DNA from: an uncultured virus (IMG/VR IMGVR_UViG_3300032321_001470)
Taxonomy: Duplodnaviria > Heunggongvirae > Uroviricota > Caudoviricetes
IMG/VR virus record: IMGVR_UViG_3300032321_001470
Reading direction: 5' to 3' (one strand)
DNA length: 64,000 bases
Shown: piece by piece, positions 7,491 to 15,622 of the stretch
How the letters are laid out: each line of letters begins with the position of its first letter
How positions within the stretch are numbered: the first letter of the stretch is position 1
Made by a program: the position numbers and the translations under genes
Notes under the pieces: generated by a model
What the model was told of the DNA's origin: nothing
The model's input: only the letters and a program-made list of their open reading frames with translations
The model's database searches: none

Positions 7491-7512
7491 TCTCATAAAG
7501 AGAGGTAAACCG

Positions 7513-7614
7513 TTATCGATTAACGATCCTGAACCAGATTGTCCACAGGGCCAGCGTGAGCGTTGATCCAACCACAACGGCGCCCACGTAACTCAGGAAC
7601 GTCCCGAGGTCCAC
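7513..7614 (-). CDS. 33-aa single-pass membrane peptide (not in ORF track)
   Basis: MDLGTFLSYVGAVVVGSTLTLALWTIWFRIVNR; GTG start 2 nt after the ssb stop. Confidence 0.5.
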   Translation of the reverse strand: MDLGTFLSYVGAVVVGSTLTLALWTIWFRIVNR

Positions 7615-7616
7615 GA

Positions 7617-7994
7617 TTAGAATGGGATGTCGGAGAAGTCTGGCTCCTCCGCGGCTGCGGCCGTCGTTCCGCCAGCGCCCTTGCCCTTTGCGAGCAAATC
7701 AAACGTCTGCGCGGTGATCTGAATCGAAGCCTTCTGCTCACCGTTGCGGGTGGTGAAGGTCTTGACGCTTGGTGAGCCAGCAACGCAGACAAGGTCGCCC
7801 TTGTCGAGAAGGCGAACCGCCAACTCTGCCTGCTTCTCCCACACGGAAACGTCGTACCAGTTGGTGGTCTCTTCGCCTCCGCGCTTATTCTTTACGGCAA
7901 CGCTGAATGAGCTTACCTGCTTGCCGTTCTTGGTTGCGCGCAACTCTGGCTTCGCACCAAGTCGCCCTGTGATTTCTAGTCGCTCCTTAGCCAT
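7617..7994 (-). CDS. ssb: Single-stranded DNA-binding protein
   Basis: GRLGAKPELR, FSVAV, TNWYDVSVW, LDKGDLVCVAG; acidic DIPF C-terminus. Confidence 0.95.
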   Translation of the reverse strand: MAKERLEITGRLGAKPELRATKNGKQVSSFSVAVKNKRGGEETTNWYDVSVWEKQAELAVRLLDKGDLVCVAGSPSVKTFTTRNGEQKASIQITAQTFDLLAKGKGAGGTTAAAAEEPDFSDIPF

Positions 7995-8372
7995 TTACAA
8001 CTCCTGACTGAGAACAAGTAGGACACTTTCCTCTTTATTCCCAAACTCTAGTTCCCACACACGTGGAATGAACCAGCGATCGTTCACATGAAGCCCCGTC
8101 GCGACCGCATCGAGCGTGAGCTTCAGCAAATTGTCTGCGTCCATCGGGCGATTGAGATGCGCCCAGATGTCAATGACAATCCGCTTCTTATCCACCGGAA
8201 TGAAATCCGGCCTGCCAAGTATAGCAGCCTCTGTCCTTTTTGTCACTTCCTCCTTCCACGCTTTTGCTTCCCTTGTCATGTAGATGATTCTGTTGGCTAC
8301 GCGATATGCGCGGTTCCAAGACGGGGGCCTCCCTGGGAGGTAAATCTCAAGAGGGCTGGTCCAGCCTTCCAA
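7995..8372 (-). CDS. rusA: RusA-like Holliday junction resolvase
   Basis: PPSWNRAYR, DADNLLKLTLDA and NDRW motifs; start uncertain. Confidence 0.82.
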   Translation of the reverse strand: MEGWTSPLEIYLPGRPPSWNRAYRVANRIIYMTREAKAWKEEVTKRTEAAILGRPDFIPVDKKRIVIDIWAHLNRPMDADNLLKLTLDAVATGLHVNDRWFIPRVWELEFGNKEESVLLVLSQEL

Positions 8373-8988
8373 GCCTGATACGCTGGTCTTCCCCTCCCAC
8401 TTTGACAGCGCGACAGGTTTGCTGTAGTCGGGAGACAAGAGCCCCATACCCAAGGGCGTCGAGTTCGTCAAGCCCACGATTCGTCGTGGCGATCGTCGCA
8501 CGGCACGCACTATATCGACTCTCCACCATCACATACAGCCGCTCGGCTGCCCAGTCAGTTGCTTTCTCTTTCCCGAGATCATCGAGAACGACGACTGGCG
8601 CCTTCTCGAGACAGTACTCAAACAACTTGATTACTTCTGCGTCAGTATACTTCATCGACATCCGAATTCTGTCCAAAAACAGCGGAACATTGATAAATTT
8701 TATTCCCGAGATGCCAGTGGCGATCTTCTCGCGAATGGCGGCAACGGCAAGGTGTGTTTTGCCCGTTCCTGGGGGGCCAACAAAAAGAAGGCCACGATCC
8801 GTGATCGGCGACTGCGCCCATAAAACTGAAGCCTCCAGGGCGGTCTTTGATTCCTTTTGTGTCTGGAACTTCTTGAATGTGCTGTCCAGATATCGCGGCG
8901 GGACCCCGGCCTTAAGAAGCGCCGCGTTCAGGTCGCTAGGCGGAGTGACTCGGTTCTCTACATCCTTGAGGTACATCGTCTCTTGCAT
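8347..8988 (-). CDS. DnaC/IstB-like AAA+ helicase loader
   Basis: Walker A GPPGTGKTHLA, VVLDDLGKE, RY...TIATTN. Confidence 0.9.
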   Translation of the reverse strand: MQETMYLKDVENRVTPPSDLNAALLKAGVPPRYLDSTFKKFQTQKESKTALEASVLWAQSPITDRGLLFVGPPGTGKTHLAVAAIREKIATGISGIKFINVPLFLDRIRMSMKYTDAEVIKLFEYCLEKAPVVVLDDLGKEKATDWAAERLYVMVESRYSACRATIATTNRGLDELDALGYGALVSRLQQTCRAVKVGGEDQRIRLGRLDQPS

Positions 8989-9674
8989 TAACCCTCCAAA
9001 TGCGCATCGCGCGTGCTTGCCGTTTGGCGCGCTGGGGTCATCTTACGCTTCTGCCCAACCGCTGTCAAATAGGAGATCGGGTCGCCCTTGAGGTCACGAA
9101 GCGCCGCGTCGCATACTGCCGCCATGAGCGCAGGGATGCCGCCAGGAAAATCTTTCATCAGCTTTGAAATTCTGCTGTAGTCATTCCTTTGCGGAACAAC
9201 ACCAAGCATTGCCCCGAAGAACTCACCAAGCCGACCCTGCGTGTTGGGTCCGGCAACAACATACGAAAGCCATTCCTTCAGACTACGAGTTACAGGCGTT
9301 TCGTGATTATCCCTAAGGCCGAGTCGCTCTAATCTAGACCTTCCTGCTTCGGCAAGTTTTTCGCGCGCCGCCGACATCCCGTCGGACGGCTCCTGCCACT
9401 CGTCCCAGTCATGGACAACGAGCCCGTCAAGGAGCCCAACTCTTCGGAAGTGCGGAAGGTACTTTGCATTCTGGGTTCCGATAAGTGCCTCAACGTGCTG
9501 ATCGGACTCGAACACGCCGTTGGTCTCGGACGCCGCGCACAGAAGTGTAATCCACGCCCAGCGAGCGTTGTTATCTGGTAGCCGCCAAAGCTTTGCGTGG
9601 CGCGGAAGGTCGCTGTAGCAGCGCCAATAGACGCGCACATCGACCATCTCCTCGATAGGGATGATCTTCTCCAT
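8988..9674 (-). CDS. Putative replication initiator protein
   Basis: Directly upstream of the DnaC-like loader; N-terminal HAKL...WITLLCAA...VHDWDEWQ pattern typical of phage replisome organisers. Confidence 0.65.
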   Translation of the reverse strand: MEKIIPIEEMVDVRVYWRCYSDLPRHAKLWRLPDNNARWAWITLLCAASETNGVFESDQHVEALIGTQNAKYLPHFRRVGLLDGLVVHDWDEWQEPSDGMSAAREKLAEAGRSRLERLGLRDNHETPVTRSLKEWLSYVVAGPNTQGRLGEFFGAMLGVVPQRNDYSRISKLMKDFPGGIPALMAAVCDAALRDLKGDPISYLTAVGQKRKMTPARQTASTRDAHLEG

Positions 9675-9686
9675 TTTTACTCCTCT

Positions 9687-10559
9687 TTACCAATCGTGGT
9701 CTGGCCAGAGATCCTTCTTTAGGGTTGGAACCTTATCATAAAGTTTCTTGCGCGTGTCTGGAAGCTTCTGCGGGTGACTCTCCCAGTCGTTGCAGAGCAC
9801 TTTGAATTCGCAGGTTGCGTGAGCGAATGCCGTCGGGTTTGGATAGATCGCACCCTTCTCAATCGCATCCACAAAGGCTCGGGCGCCAATGTACATCTTA
9901 TCGATATCGCTCTGCGTTCTTGTTGTCATTCTTCGGTCAACGTTAGGCCCCTTTGCGGAGTTGCTAATGATATTAAACGTAACCGTCGGGTCGTGGGAGT
10001 AATTCTCACGAACAGCAAGGGCATAGGCAGTCGCCTGAATGTCTCCGTGCTCTCGCTCAGCCTCCCATTTCCTTTGGGCGGTCTTGTGCTCAACAACATC
10101 AAGAGTCTTTGTGAGCATGTCAACTTGCGTCTTCAGTTTGATTGGGAGCTTGCCGAGCTTGGAATGCTTAATCTCAGAGAACATTGTGTGCTCAACGGCC
10201 TTAGCCTCCCAGTCATCCCCGGCATAGATTGCGGCGCGGAGCATCTCTTCGCCGTTAAACCCCTCACTAAGGAGGTCTCGATCCTTCTCCCCCGTCCAGT
10301 CAACCTTTGACGACTCAAGCGCCCAGGTCTTTCGGTAGTAATCAAAAACCTTCGTAAGGTCTCCGTGTTTCTTGCCTCCAGTAAGTGGCTCGTACCACTT
10401 CTGGAGCCCAGCATGAACGGAGGTACCCAAAGCAAAGTACGGCGTTGTTCTTTCTGTCCACATGCCCATGCGGTATTTGTACCACCACCTGAGCGGGCAG
10501 GAAAGAAACTCGCGCAACTCGCTTACGCTAACGTGCTCTGGATGCCTCTCTGGGATCAT
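9687..10559 (-). CDS. PD-(D/E)xK (RecB/Cas4-like) exonuclease
   Basis: SVS...CPLRWWY, GTSVH, VD...EHKT, QATAY, C-terminal Cys. Confidence 0.85.
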   Translation of the reverse strand: MIPERHPEHVSVSELREFLSCPLRWWYKYRMGMWTERTTPYFALGTSVHAGLQKWYEPLTGGKKHGDLTKVFDYYRKTWALESSKVDWTGEKDRDLLSEGFNGEEMLRAAIYAGDDWEAKAVEHTMFSEIKHSKLGKLPIKLKTQVDMLTKTLDVVEHKTAQRKWEAEREHGDIQATAYALAVRENYSHDPTVTFNIISNSAKGPNVDRRMTTRTQSDIDKMYIGARAFVDAIEKGAIYPNPTAFAHATCEFKVLCNDWESHPQKLPDTRKKLYDKVPTLKKDLWPDHDW

Positions 10560-11158
10560 CCAGCGATCTCAGCGCGACGGGTCTTGAACTTATTCACAAG
10601 GTACTGGCGAGAAACATCGTCAATCTCAACGCCGTCGGCTGAAGAGTTGTTGATCTTCTGCCCGATTGCATTGAGTTGCTCCACGGTGGTTGCCGCGTCA
10701 AAATCATCAACGTACTTCTGGACGTGCGGCGGGAAAACGGCATCCTCAAAAATCTCTGCCGCCGCCTTGGCGATCGTCTTAGAGGTGCCGCCCTTCGACT
10801 TGATTTCATCATCTGAAGCGATTCGCTTCGATGGGAGCCCAGCCATCACAAGGGCTCGCCCTACTGCCGAAGTCTCGCAGTTCTCAATCTCTGAGCCGCG
10901 AGTGTATGGAGTCGCCCCTGGGATCTGCATGGCGCTATGGCCAATGCCTGCTGGACGATCGTCCACGAAGCCAAGCCTTTCGTCAAGCCCGTTGTCTTCC
11001 TTGACGCCGCGATATGCACGCGCCTCAATAACTACGCGCTTTTCGTTATGCTCAATAATGCGCGTCTCAATGCGGGCGTTTGGATATGCCTCGTACCACG
11101 CGCGGATGCGCTCTGCGACATCTACGTAATCCTTAAGTGCGCTCTTATCAAATGCCAT
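10556..11158 (-). CDS. Single-strand annealing recombinase (Rad52/Sak-like)
   Basis: DYVDVAERI and ENCETSAVGRAL motifs; paired with the exonuclease. Confidence 0.7.
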   Translation of the reverse strand: MAFDKSALKDYVDVAERIRAWYEAYPNARIETRIIEHNEKRVVIEARAYRGVKEDNGLDERLGFVDDRPAGIGHSAMQIPGATPYTRGSEIENCETSAVGRALVMAGLPSKRIASDDEIKSKGGTSKTIAKAAAEIFEDAVFPPHVQKYVDDFDAATTVEQLNAIGQKINNSSADGVEIDDVSRQYLVNKFKTRRAEIAG

Positions 11159-11429
11159 TTTCGCTCTCCTTATTGCGTGTGAACTGATCGAGATCTTCGA
11201 ACAGTCTCTTTTCCTCTACACCAAGAAATTCAGCAATGCGCTTTCGCATTGGCCCGCTGATTGGGGCCTGCCCATACTGAACTTGGTTGAGATAACCATA
11301 CGACACTCCAAGGTGTCGTGCAAGAAACCGGCGCTTAATTCCGGTCTCTTCTAGCAGTCGCCAAACCTGAGCCGTCTTCTTTCGCTGTATTAGGCGCTGC
11401 TCTGCAAAATTGGGACCAGTTTGCTTCAT
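11148..11429 (-). CDS. XRE/Cro-type HTH regulator
   Basis: LARHLGVSYGYLNQV...IAEFLGV. Confidence 0.85.
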   Translation of the reverse strand: MKQTGPNFAEQRLIQRKKTAQVWRLLEETGIKRRFLARHLGVSYGYLNQVQYGQAPISGPMRKRIAEFLGVEEKRLFEDLDQFTRNKESENGI

Positions 11430-11435
11430 CTGATA

Positions 11436-11678
11436 CTAATCCTTTACTAGGTCACTAGGGGCAGTTAGCCATGCTTCAAGAGCGTAGTTTATGCCCATGT
11501 GATATGCAGAACGGTCTTCATATGAGAGACTATTCTCCATAGCCGCTGCGGCGTTTGCCGCCTCAAACCCGAGAAGAACTTTTGGTCTTGCGCCCAGGTC
11601 GTCGCTTAGGATTCTTTCCAGTTGAAGGCTGAACCTCGATCTCCCAAGGTCTGCCATTTCCACTTCCGTCATCTGCAT
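11436..11678 (-). CDS. Hypothetical protein
   Basis: GGAAGG RBS; overlaps the upstream ORF. Confidence 0.5.
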   Translation of the reverse strand: MQMTEVEMADLGRSRFSLQLERILSDDLGARPKVLLGFEAANAAAAMENSLSYEDRSAYHMGINYALEAWLTAPSDLVKD

Positions 11679-11883
11679 ACCTTCCCTTTCTGTGCATTAG
11701 GCAATCTTCAAGGATGCATGTCGACTGGACTTGACCAGCCTTGTCTGCCGTCTCCTCAAATGACATTACCCTACCGCCACGCTTACAGTGCTCGTTAGAG
11801 CAAAATAGCAAACCATCAGATAGCTCGTAAAGTTTTCCGCTACATGCGTAGCAGGATCTCCACCAGATTCCCTTGTCTGCCAT
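11563..11883 (-). CDS. Zn-finger hypothetical protein
   Basis: AGGAGG RBS; CYAC...CSNEHC. Confidence 0.6.
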   Translation of the reverse strand: MADKGIWWRSCYACSGKLYELSDGLLFCSNEHCKRGGRVMSFEETADKAGQVQSTCILEDCLMHRKGRYADDGSGNGRPWEIEVQPSTGKNPKRRPGRKTKSSSRV

Positions 11884-11898
11884 GATTCCCTCCTTCTG

Positions 11899-11933
11899 GT
11901 ATCACCTTACTTGATTGTATCACCCTTTGTCAA
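11899..11933 (-). promoter_or_regulatory. Sigma70-type promoter of the replication operon with a GTATCACC direct repeat
   Basis: TTGACA(11933-11928)-N18-TAAGGT; GTATCACC at 11899 and 11917. Confidence 0.6.
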
Positions 11934-12054
11934 GCCGCGCTCGGGAAGGCAGCACAGGTGGTACTTTTGATTTCCTCTTTTTACCATAGGGCCAAGGCCC
12001 TTGGAAATCAGGCTCGCCTGCTTAGATGGGCAGATCCGGCTTGAGCATGGCTGG

Positions 12055-12369
12055 TTACGGTAGATACTGTTCTCTGTCATATTGAAATCCCTCCAAGTAT
12101 TCGTACAATACCTCGCGCCACTTCTTGGACGACTCGGTCTTAATCCGGTGATGCCAGCCGCAAAGGGTTACAAGGTTCCACATTTCCGAAGGGCCGCGCT
12201 TTCCCATTCCAGAATTGAATACGTGATCGAGCTCCAATACGATCTGCGCCCCGGAGCCAAACTGACTGCCGCACTGATCGTGCATGCCGACCCTTGGCCC
12301 AACGCATCCGCGGTCTCGGTCCAGGATAGCTTTTCTTAGGGCCGGCGTCACCGGATCTTTGTGTGCCAT
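12055..12369 (-). CDS. HNH endonuclease (packaging-associated type)
   Basis: RDRGC...LELDHV...NLVTLCGWHHRIKT. Confidence 0.88.
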   Translation of the reverse strand: MAHKDPVTPALRKAILDRDRGCVGPRVGMHDQCGSQFGSGAQIVLELDHVFNSGMGKRGPSEMWNLVTLCGWHHRIKTESSKKWREVLYEYLEGFQYDREQYLP

Positions 12370-12518
12370 TAGACCTTCTTTGCGCCACGTGCCTTCTTAG
12401 GCTTTTTCTCTGGCGCTGGGTTGTTGATCTTTAGCGGCAGGCGCTCTTTCTTGTCCTGCTTAAGAACCCGACAGGGTAGGCAGAAGCAGGGCTGGTCGTG
12501 AAAGTATTTATCCGACAT
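12369..12518 (-). CDS. 49-aa basic Cys-containing protein (not in ORF track)
   Basis: MSDKYFHDQPCFCLPCRVLK...KKARGAKKV; tiles between the portal and the HNH gene. Confidence 0.55.
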   Translation of the reverse strand: MSDKYFHDQPCFCLPCRVLKQDKKERLPLKINNPAPEKKPKKARGAKKV

Positions 12519-12523
12519 TCGCC

Positions 12524-14698
12524 CTACCCGTTTCTCTCTTTGGACTCAACGGATCGCATGACCTTATTGGCCCAAGCCTGGCCGGCATCGCCACCCCAGA
12601 GGGCCCAGGCAATTCTTCCAGCAGATGGGAAACCCTTCTGCCCCGGCGAGAATCCTTCACCCTGCTTATCAACTTCGTGTCGAGCAAGGAACGCTCGCAT
12701 TTTTCTCACACGAGCAATAGTCATCTTGTTTCCAATAAGCATTCTTGCGGTTTGCTGACCAGGGCCAATGCCGCCACGCCCGTACTCTCGTCGCCAGTCA
12801 AGGCCACGCTTCGCCTCTGCGCGAACACCGGCCGGGACGTTCAGGTTTATTCCGTCCGCCTTCTCTGACTCGACGAGGGAAATGTCTGCTGCTGCTGGAT
12901 AGGAGGATCGGTATGCGGCAACAATGGTGGAGTCGGTGTCATAGAAAGCAACAACCTCTTCACCGCGTCGCCCAATCTTCTGAGCCTCATATCGTTTGAA
13001 TTGCAAAACTGAATCTTCTGGGAAGGAGTTACAAAGAACATCCGCAACATCAATGCCGCAGTCTTCGAGGCCAGCCCGAATTGACTCAGTGTCTCCCTTT
13101 GACCTAGTAATCGCAATTACCTCGGCGCCGGAGTCAACATGTGCCTCAATTGCGTCGATAACACTTGGCGGGCAATCCTCTGAAAGAATTGCTTCTGGCT
13201 CAATAACAACAATCCTCTTCTTGTTTTCCTGCTGTCTTGGATTCATGTCTGGGTTCGGCTTTGAGTCAAGCTGATCCTTACCCTGCTGTGGCTTCTGGCT
13301 TGGGGTGCCGCTCTCTGGGGCGCCAGGCGACGTATCTACCGCGCCCTCTGGGGCGTCTGGGACGGTCGGCGGCGGTGGCATATCGGGATCGCCGACCTTG
13401 CCCTTCAGGTAAAGCTCGTAGAATCTAAGAGGCATGTAGCCAAGTGGGCTTGGCATCCAGATCTCGTTTCCAAGGTCGCCAACAGCATCTTGACCGCGCT
13501 CTTTTAGTGCGTCGTTGAGGCGGAGCCATGGGAGGCCAGCAAGTGCAGCCTTGTAGTAATCGGCAACTGCGGCTGCTGATTCCCTGCCCACATCGGTGTA
13601 AACAAATCTAAGGTTTCTGTCATACAACCAGACGATTTCGCGGGTAATGTAATCCGCGATCAGCTCGCATAGCGGTGCGATACCGTTGTCCGCAGTGAAT
13701 GCGGCTCCATACTCTGAACTACTCTTGTTAACATCAAAGTTCAAACCGATGTCTTGCGGCTGAACGCCGAACACCGCGCAGATCTTCCGTGCCAGATAAA
13801 TCTGCCACTCCATAAATTGCATGTCCCTGTTTGACTGGGCCATTGGAATCCACTTCACACCCTTGCCACCACCCGTGATGGCGGTCTGGCTCTTTCCTGC
13901 GATTTCGCCCTCCCAGTACGTCTTAAACGCATCAACCTGGTCAGGACGAACGCCCTCCCCAAGGTCAATGATGCCTGGAGGAGTTGCCTGCTCGACAATG
14001 TTGTTGTTGTATTTTGCGGCGCGAAGGTCGGCCTCAATAGTTTCGGCAAGGACCTCCAGTGGCGACAGGCCAAGCGGCGAGTAGGTCACCTTGTTGGCAA
14101 CGATCACGACCATTTCGTCGTTCTTGTACTCGGCAATTACCTTCCCCGTGTCGTCGTACTCAAAATACCTAGCCTTTTTAAGGTTGCTGCCATCCCAACT
14201 TGGATCAAACGCTATTCTGGAGGCATCTTTTGGCCAGAGGTTTTTAATTGGGTCTGTCGAGCGCCCAGCCTTCGCACCAACAGTTAGCTCTTTTTCTATT
14301 GCGCCCTGATCAAGAACCAAAATGTCTTCAACAATAGGCTCAATAAACGATCTCCACGAATCCATTCGGGTGTTTGGGTCCCTGAGTAGATGCTTAATCT
14401 TGTGGACCACTGCAACATCGGCCTGGCTCTCGCCATCAACCGTGACAATGTCCCATCGTGCGCGGCTGATTTGCTGACGGCGCAAGTTGATCGCGGCTCT
14501 AATCCATGGATTGTTTCTAGACCACTTCCTAAGCATATTGACGGATCGCTTTTGAACCGTGCTCTGACCAGCGCCGCGTGCATACGGCTGCGAATCGTAG
14601 TTGGGGATAAGGATTGCGTCCTTAATCGCATCAACTGTTGCCTGCGCTTGCGAAGTAGCTTCGGAGCGCTTTAGTCGCTCCCACGGCATCATTACCAC
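12524..14698 (-). CDS. HK97-family portal protein with C-terminal extra domains
   Basis: GLSPLEVL, PPGII, DMQFMEW...ICAVFGVQPQDIG; ~250-aa extension after a Pro-rich linker. Confidence 0.9.
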   Translation of the reverse strand: MVMMPWERLKRSEATSQAQATVDAIKDAILIPNYDSQPYARGAGQSTVQKRSVNMLRKWSRNNPWIRAAINLRRQQISRARWDIVTVDGESQADVAVVHKIKHLLRDPNTRMDSWRSFIEPIVEDILVLDQGAIEKELTVGAKAGRSTDPIKNLWPKDASRIAFDPSWDGSNLKKARYFEYDDTGKVIAEYKNDEMVVIVANKVTYSPLGLSPLEVLAETIEADLRAAKYNNNIVEQATPPGIIDLGEGVRPDQVDAFKTYWEGEIAGKSQTAITGGGKGVKWIPMAQSNRDMQFMEWQIYLARKICAVFGVQPQDIGLNFDVNKSSSEYGAAFTADNGIAPLCELIADYITREIVWLYDRNLRFVYTDVGRESAAAVADYYKAALAGLPWLRLNDALKERGQDAVGDLGNEIWMPSPLGYMPLRFYELYLKGKVGDPDMPPPPTVPDAPEGAVDTSPGAPESGTPSQKPQQGKDQLDSKPNPDMNPRQQENKKRIVVIEPEAILSEDCPPSVIDAIEAHVDSGAEVIAITRSKGDTESIRAGLEDCGIDVADVLCNSFPEDSVLQFKRYEAQKIGRRGEEVVAFYDTDSTIVAAYRSSYPAAADISLVESEKADGINLNVPAGVRAEAKRGLDWRREYGRGGIGPGQQTARMLIGNKMTIARVRKMRAFLARHEVDKQGEGFSPGQKGFPSAGRIAWALWGGDAGQAWANKVMRSVESKERNG

Positions 14699-14928
14699 GG
14701 ATTTTCCTCTTTCGGCTTTCTTGTTCTCCAGGACCTGATCGCGCTAGTGATCGCTGTCTGGTCCAGGTCTTTATTCACAATTGCTCTTGCTTCCGTGTAC
14801 TTGAACGGAACCATTCTAATGCCATCGACCATTCCAATGCCACGAAAAGAAGGTAAGCGGCCCCACCACTTCGGCACGACGTATCTCCCGTCCTCAAAAT
14901 GAATTTCGACACTTTCGCTAAATTCCAA
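14692..14928 (-). CDS. Hypothetical protein
   Basis: GAGGAG RBS; tiles the operon. Confidence 0.6.
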   Translation of the reverse strand: MEFSESVEIHFEDGRYVVPKWWGRLPSFRGIGMVDGIRMVPFKYTEARAIVNKDLDQTAITSAIRSWRTRKPKEENPW

Positions 14929-14929
14929 T

Positions 14930-15418
14930 TTACTCCTCGTCCTCTTCTTCGGCGTTAGCCCCAGAACCTTCTGTGCCTAACCCAAGAATGGCGTCTGTGT
15001 CTACAATATTCTCATCTCGGAACTTTCTCCAGAAACCATCATACTCAATTTTATCATCTTCGTCCAGCCTAACCAATTCTTCCTCAACATGGCGAGAATA
15101 CTTAATCTGCTGGGGGACGCTCCTCTTAACGGACTTGAGCGTATCGTAGCAAGTTGGGCAGACGGAGTATCTCTTCTGCCCCTTTGCCCTAGGGACCATG
15201 GGCTCTGGCGCCAGCTTGGTCTCTAGATGCTCTGGCCCGACCATGATGGTGCAAAGCGCGCACCTGGGGTGGGCTCGGTGTATCTCCTCGTAGCGCTTCA
15301 TGATCGGGGAAAGGGTCTTTTGGAGGCGTCTCATAGTTAATACTATGTCAATAAGGGCAGTCTCCGACGCGTTCAATTCCCTACACAAATGGCAGTTAAC
15401 TGCCCCTCTCTCACACAT
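14930..15418 (-). CDS. Zn-binding hypothetical protein (three CxxC)
   Basis: CHLC, CALC and CPTC; TATACT 7 nt before the ATG. Confidence 0.65.
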   Translation of the reverse strand: MCERGAVNCHLCRELNASETALIDIVLTMRRLQKTLSPIMKRYEEIHRAHPRCALCTIMVGPEHLETKLAPEPMVPRAKGQKRYSVCPTCYDTLKSVKRSVPQQIKYSRHVEEELVRLDEDDKIEYDGFWRKFRDENIVDTDAILGLGTEGSGANAEEEDEE

Positions 15419-15622
15419 GTCTGTCAGTATACACTTTTCTAAACAATTTGTATAAAAAACCTGTATATTACAGGCATGTGTAGGAATGAATATCCTTGCG
15501 AAAAGAGCCTTATTGGTGGATTATCTACGGGTGATGATACGGGACTATCTACTGACACAGCCGTTTACCACGTTGGTGGCGGCAGCGCCCCGTGCGCCTT
15601 TGAAGCATAGTAGCCGGAGGAA

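Noticed and set aside
8306..11129. Long plus-strand ORFs (8306-9091, 9774-10310, 10365-11129)
   Set aside because: Antisense shadows of well-supported minus-strand genes, with no motifs of their own.
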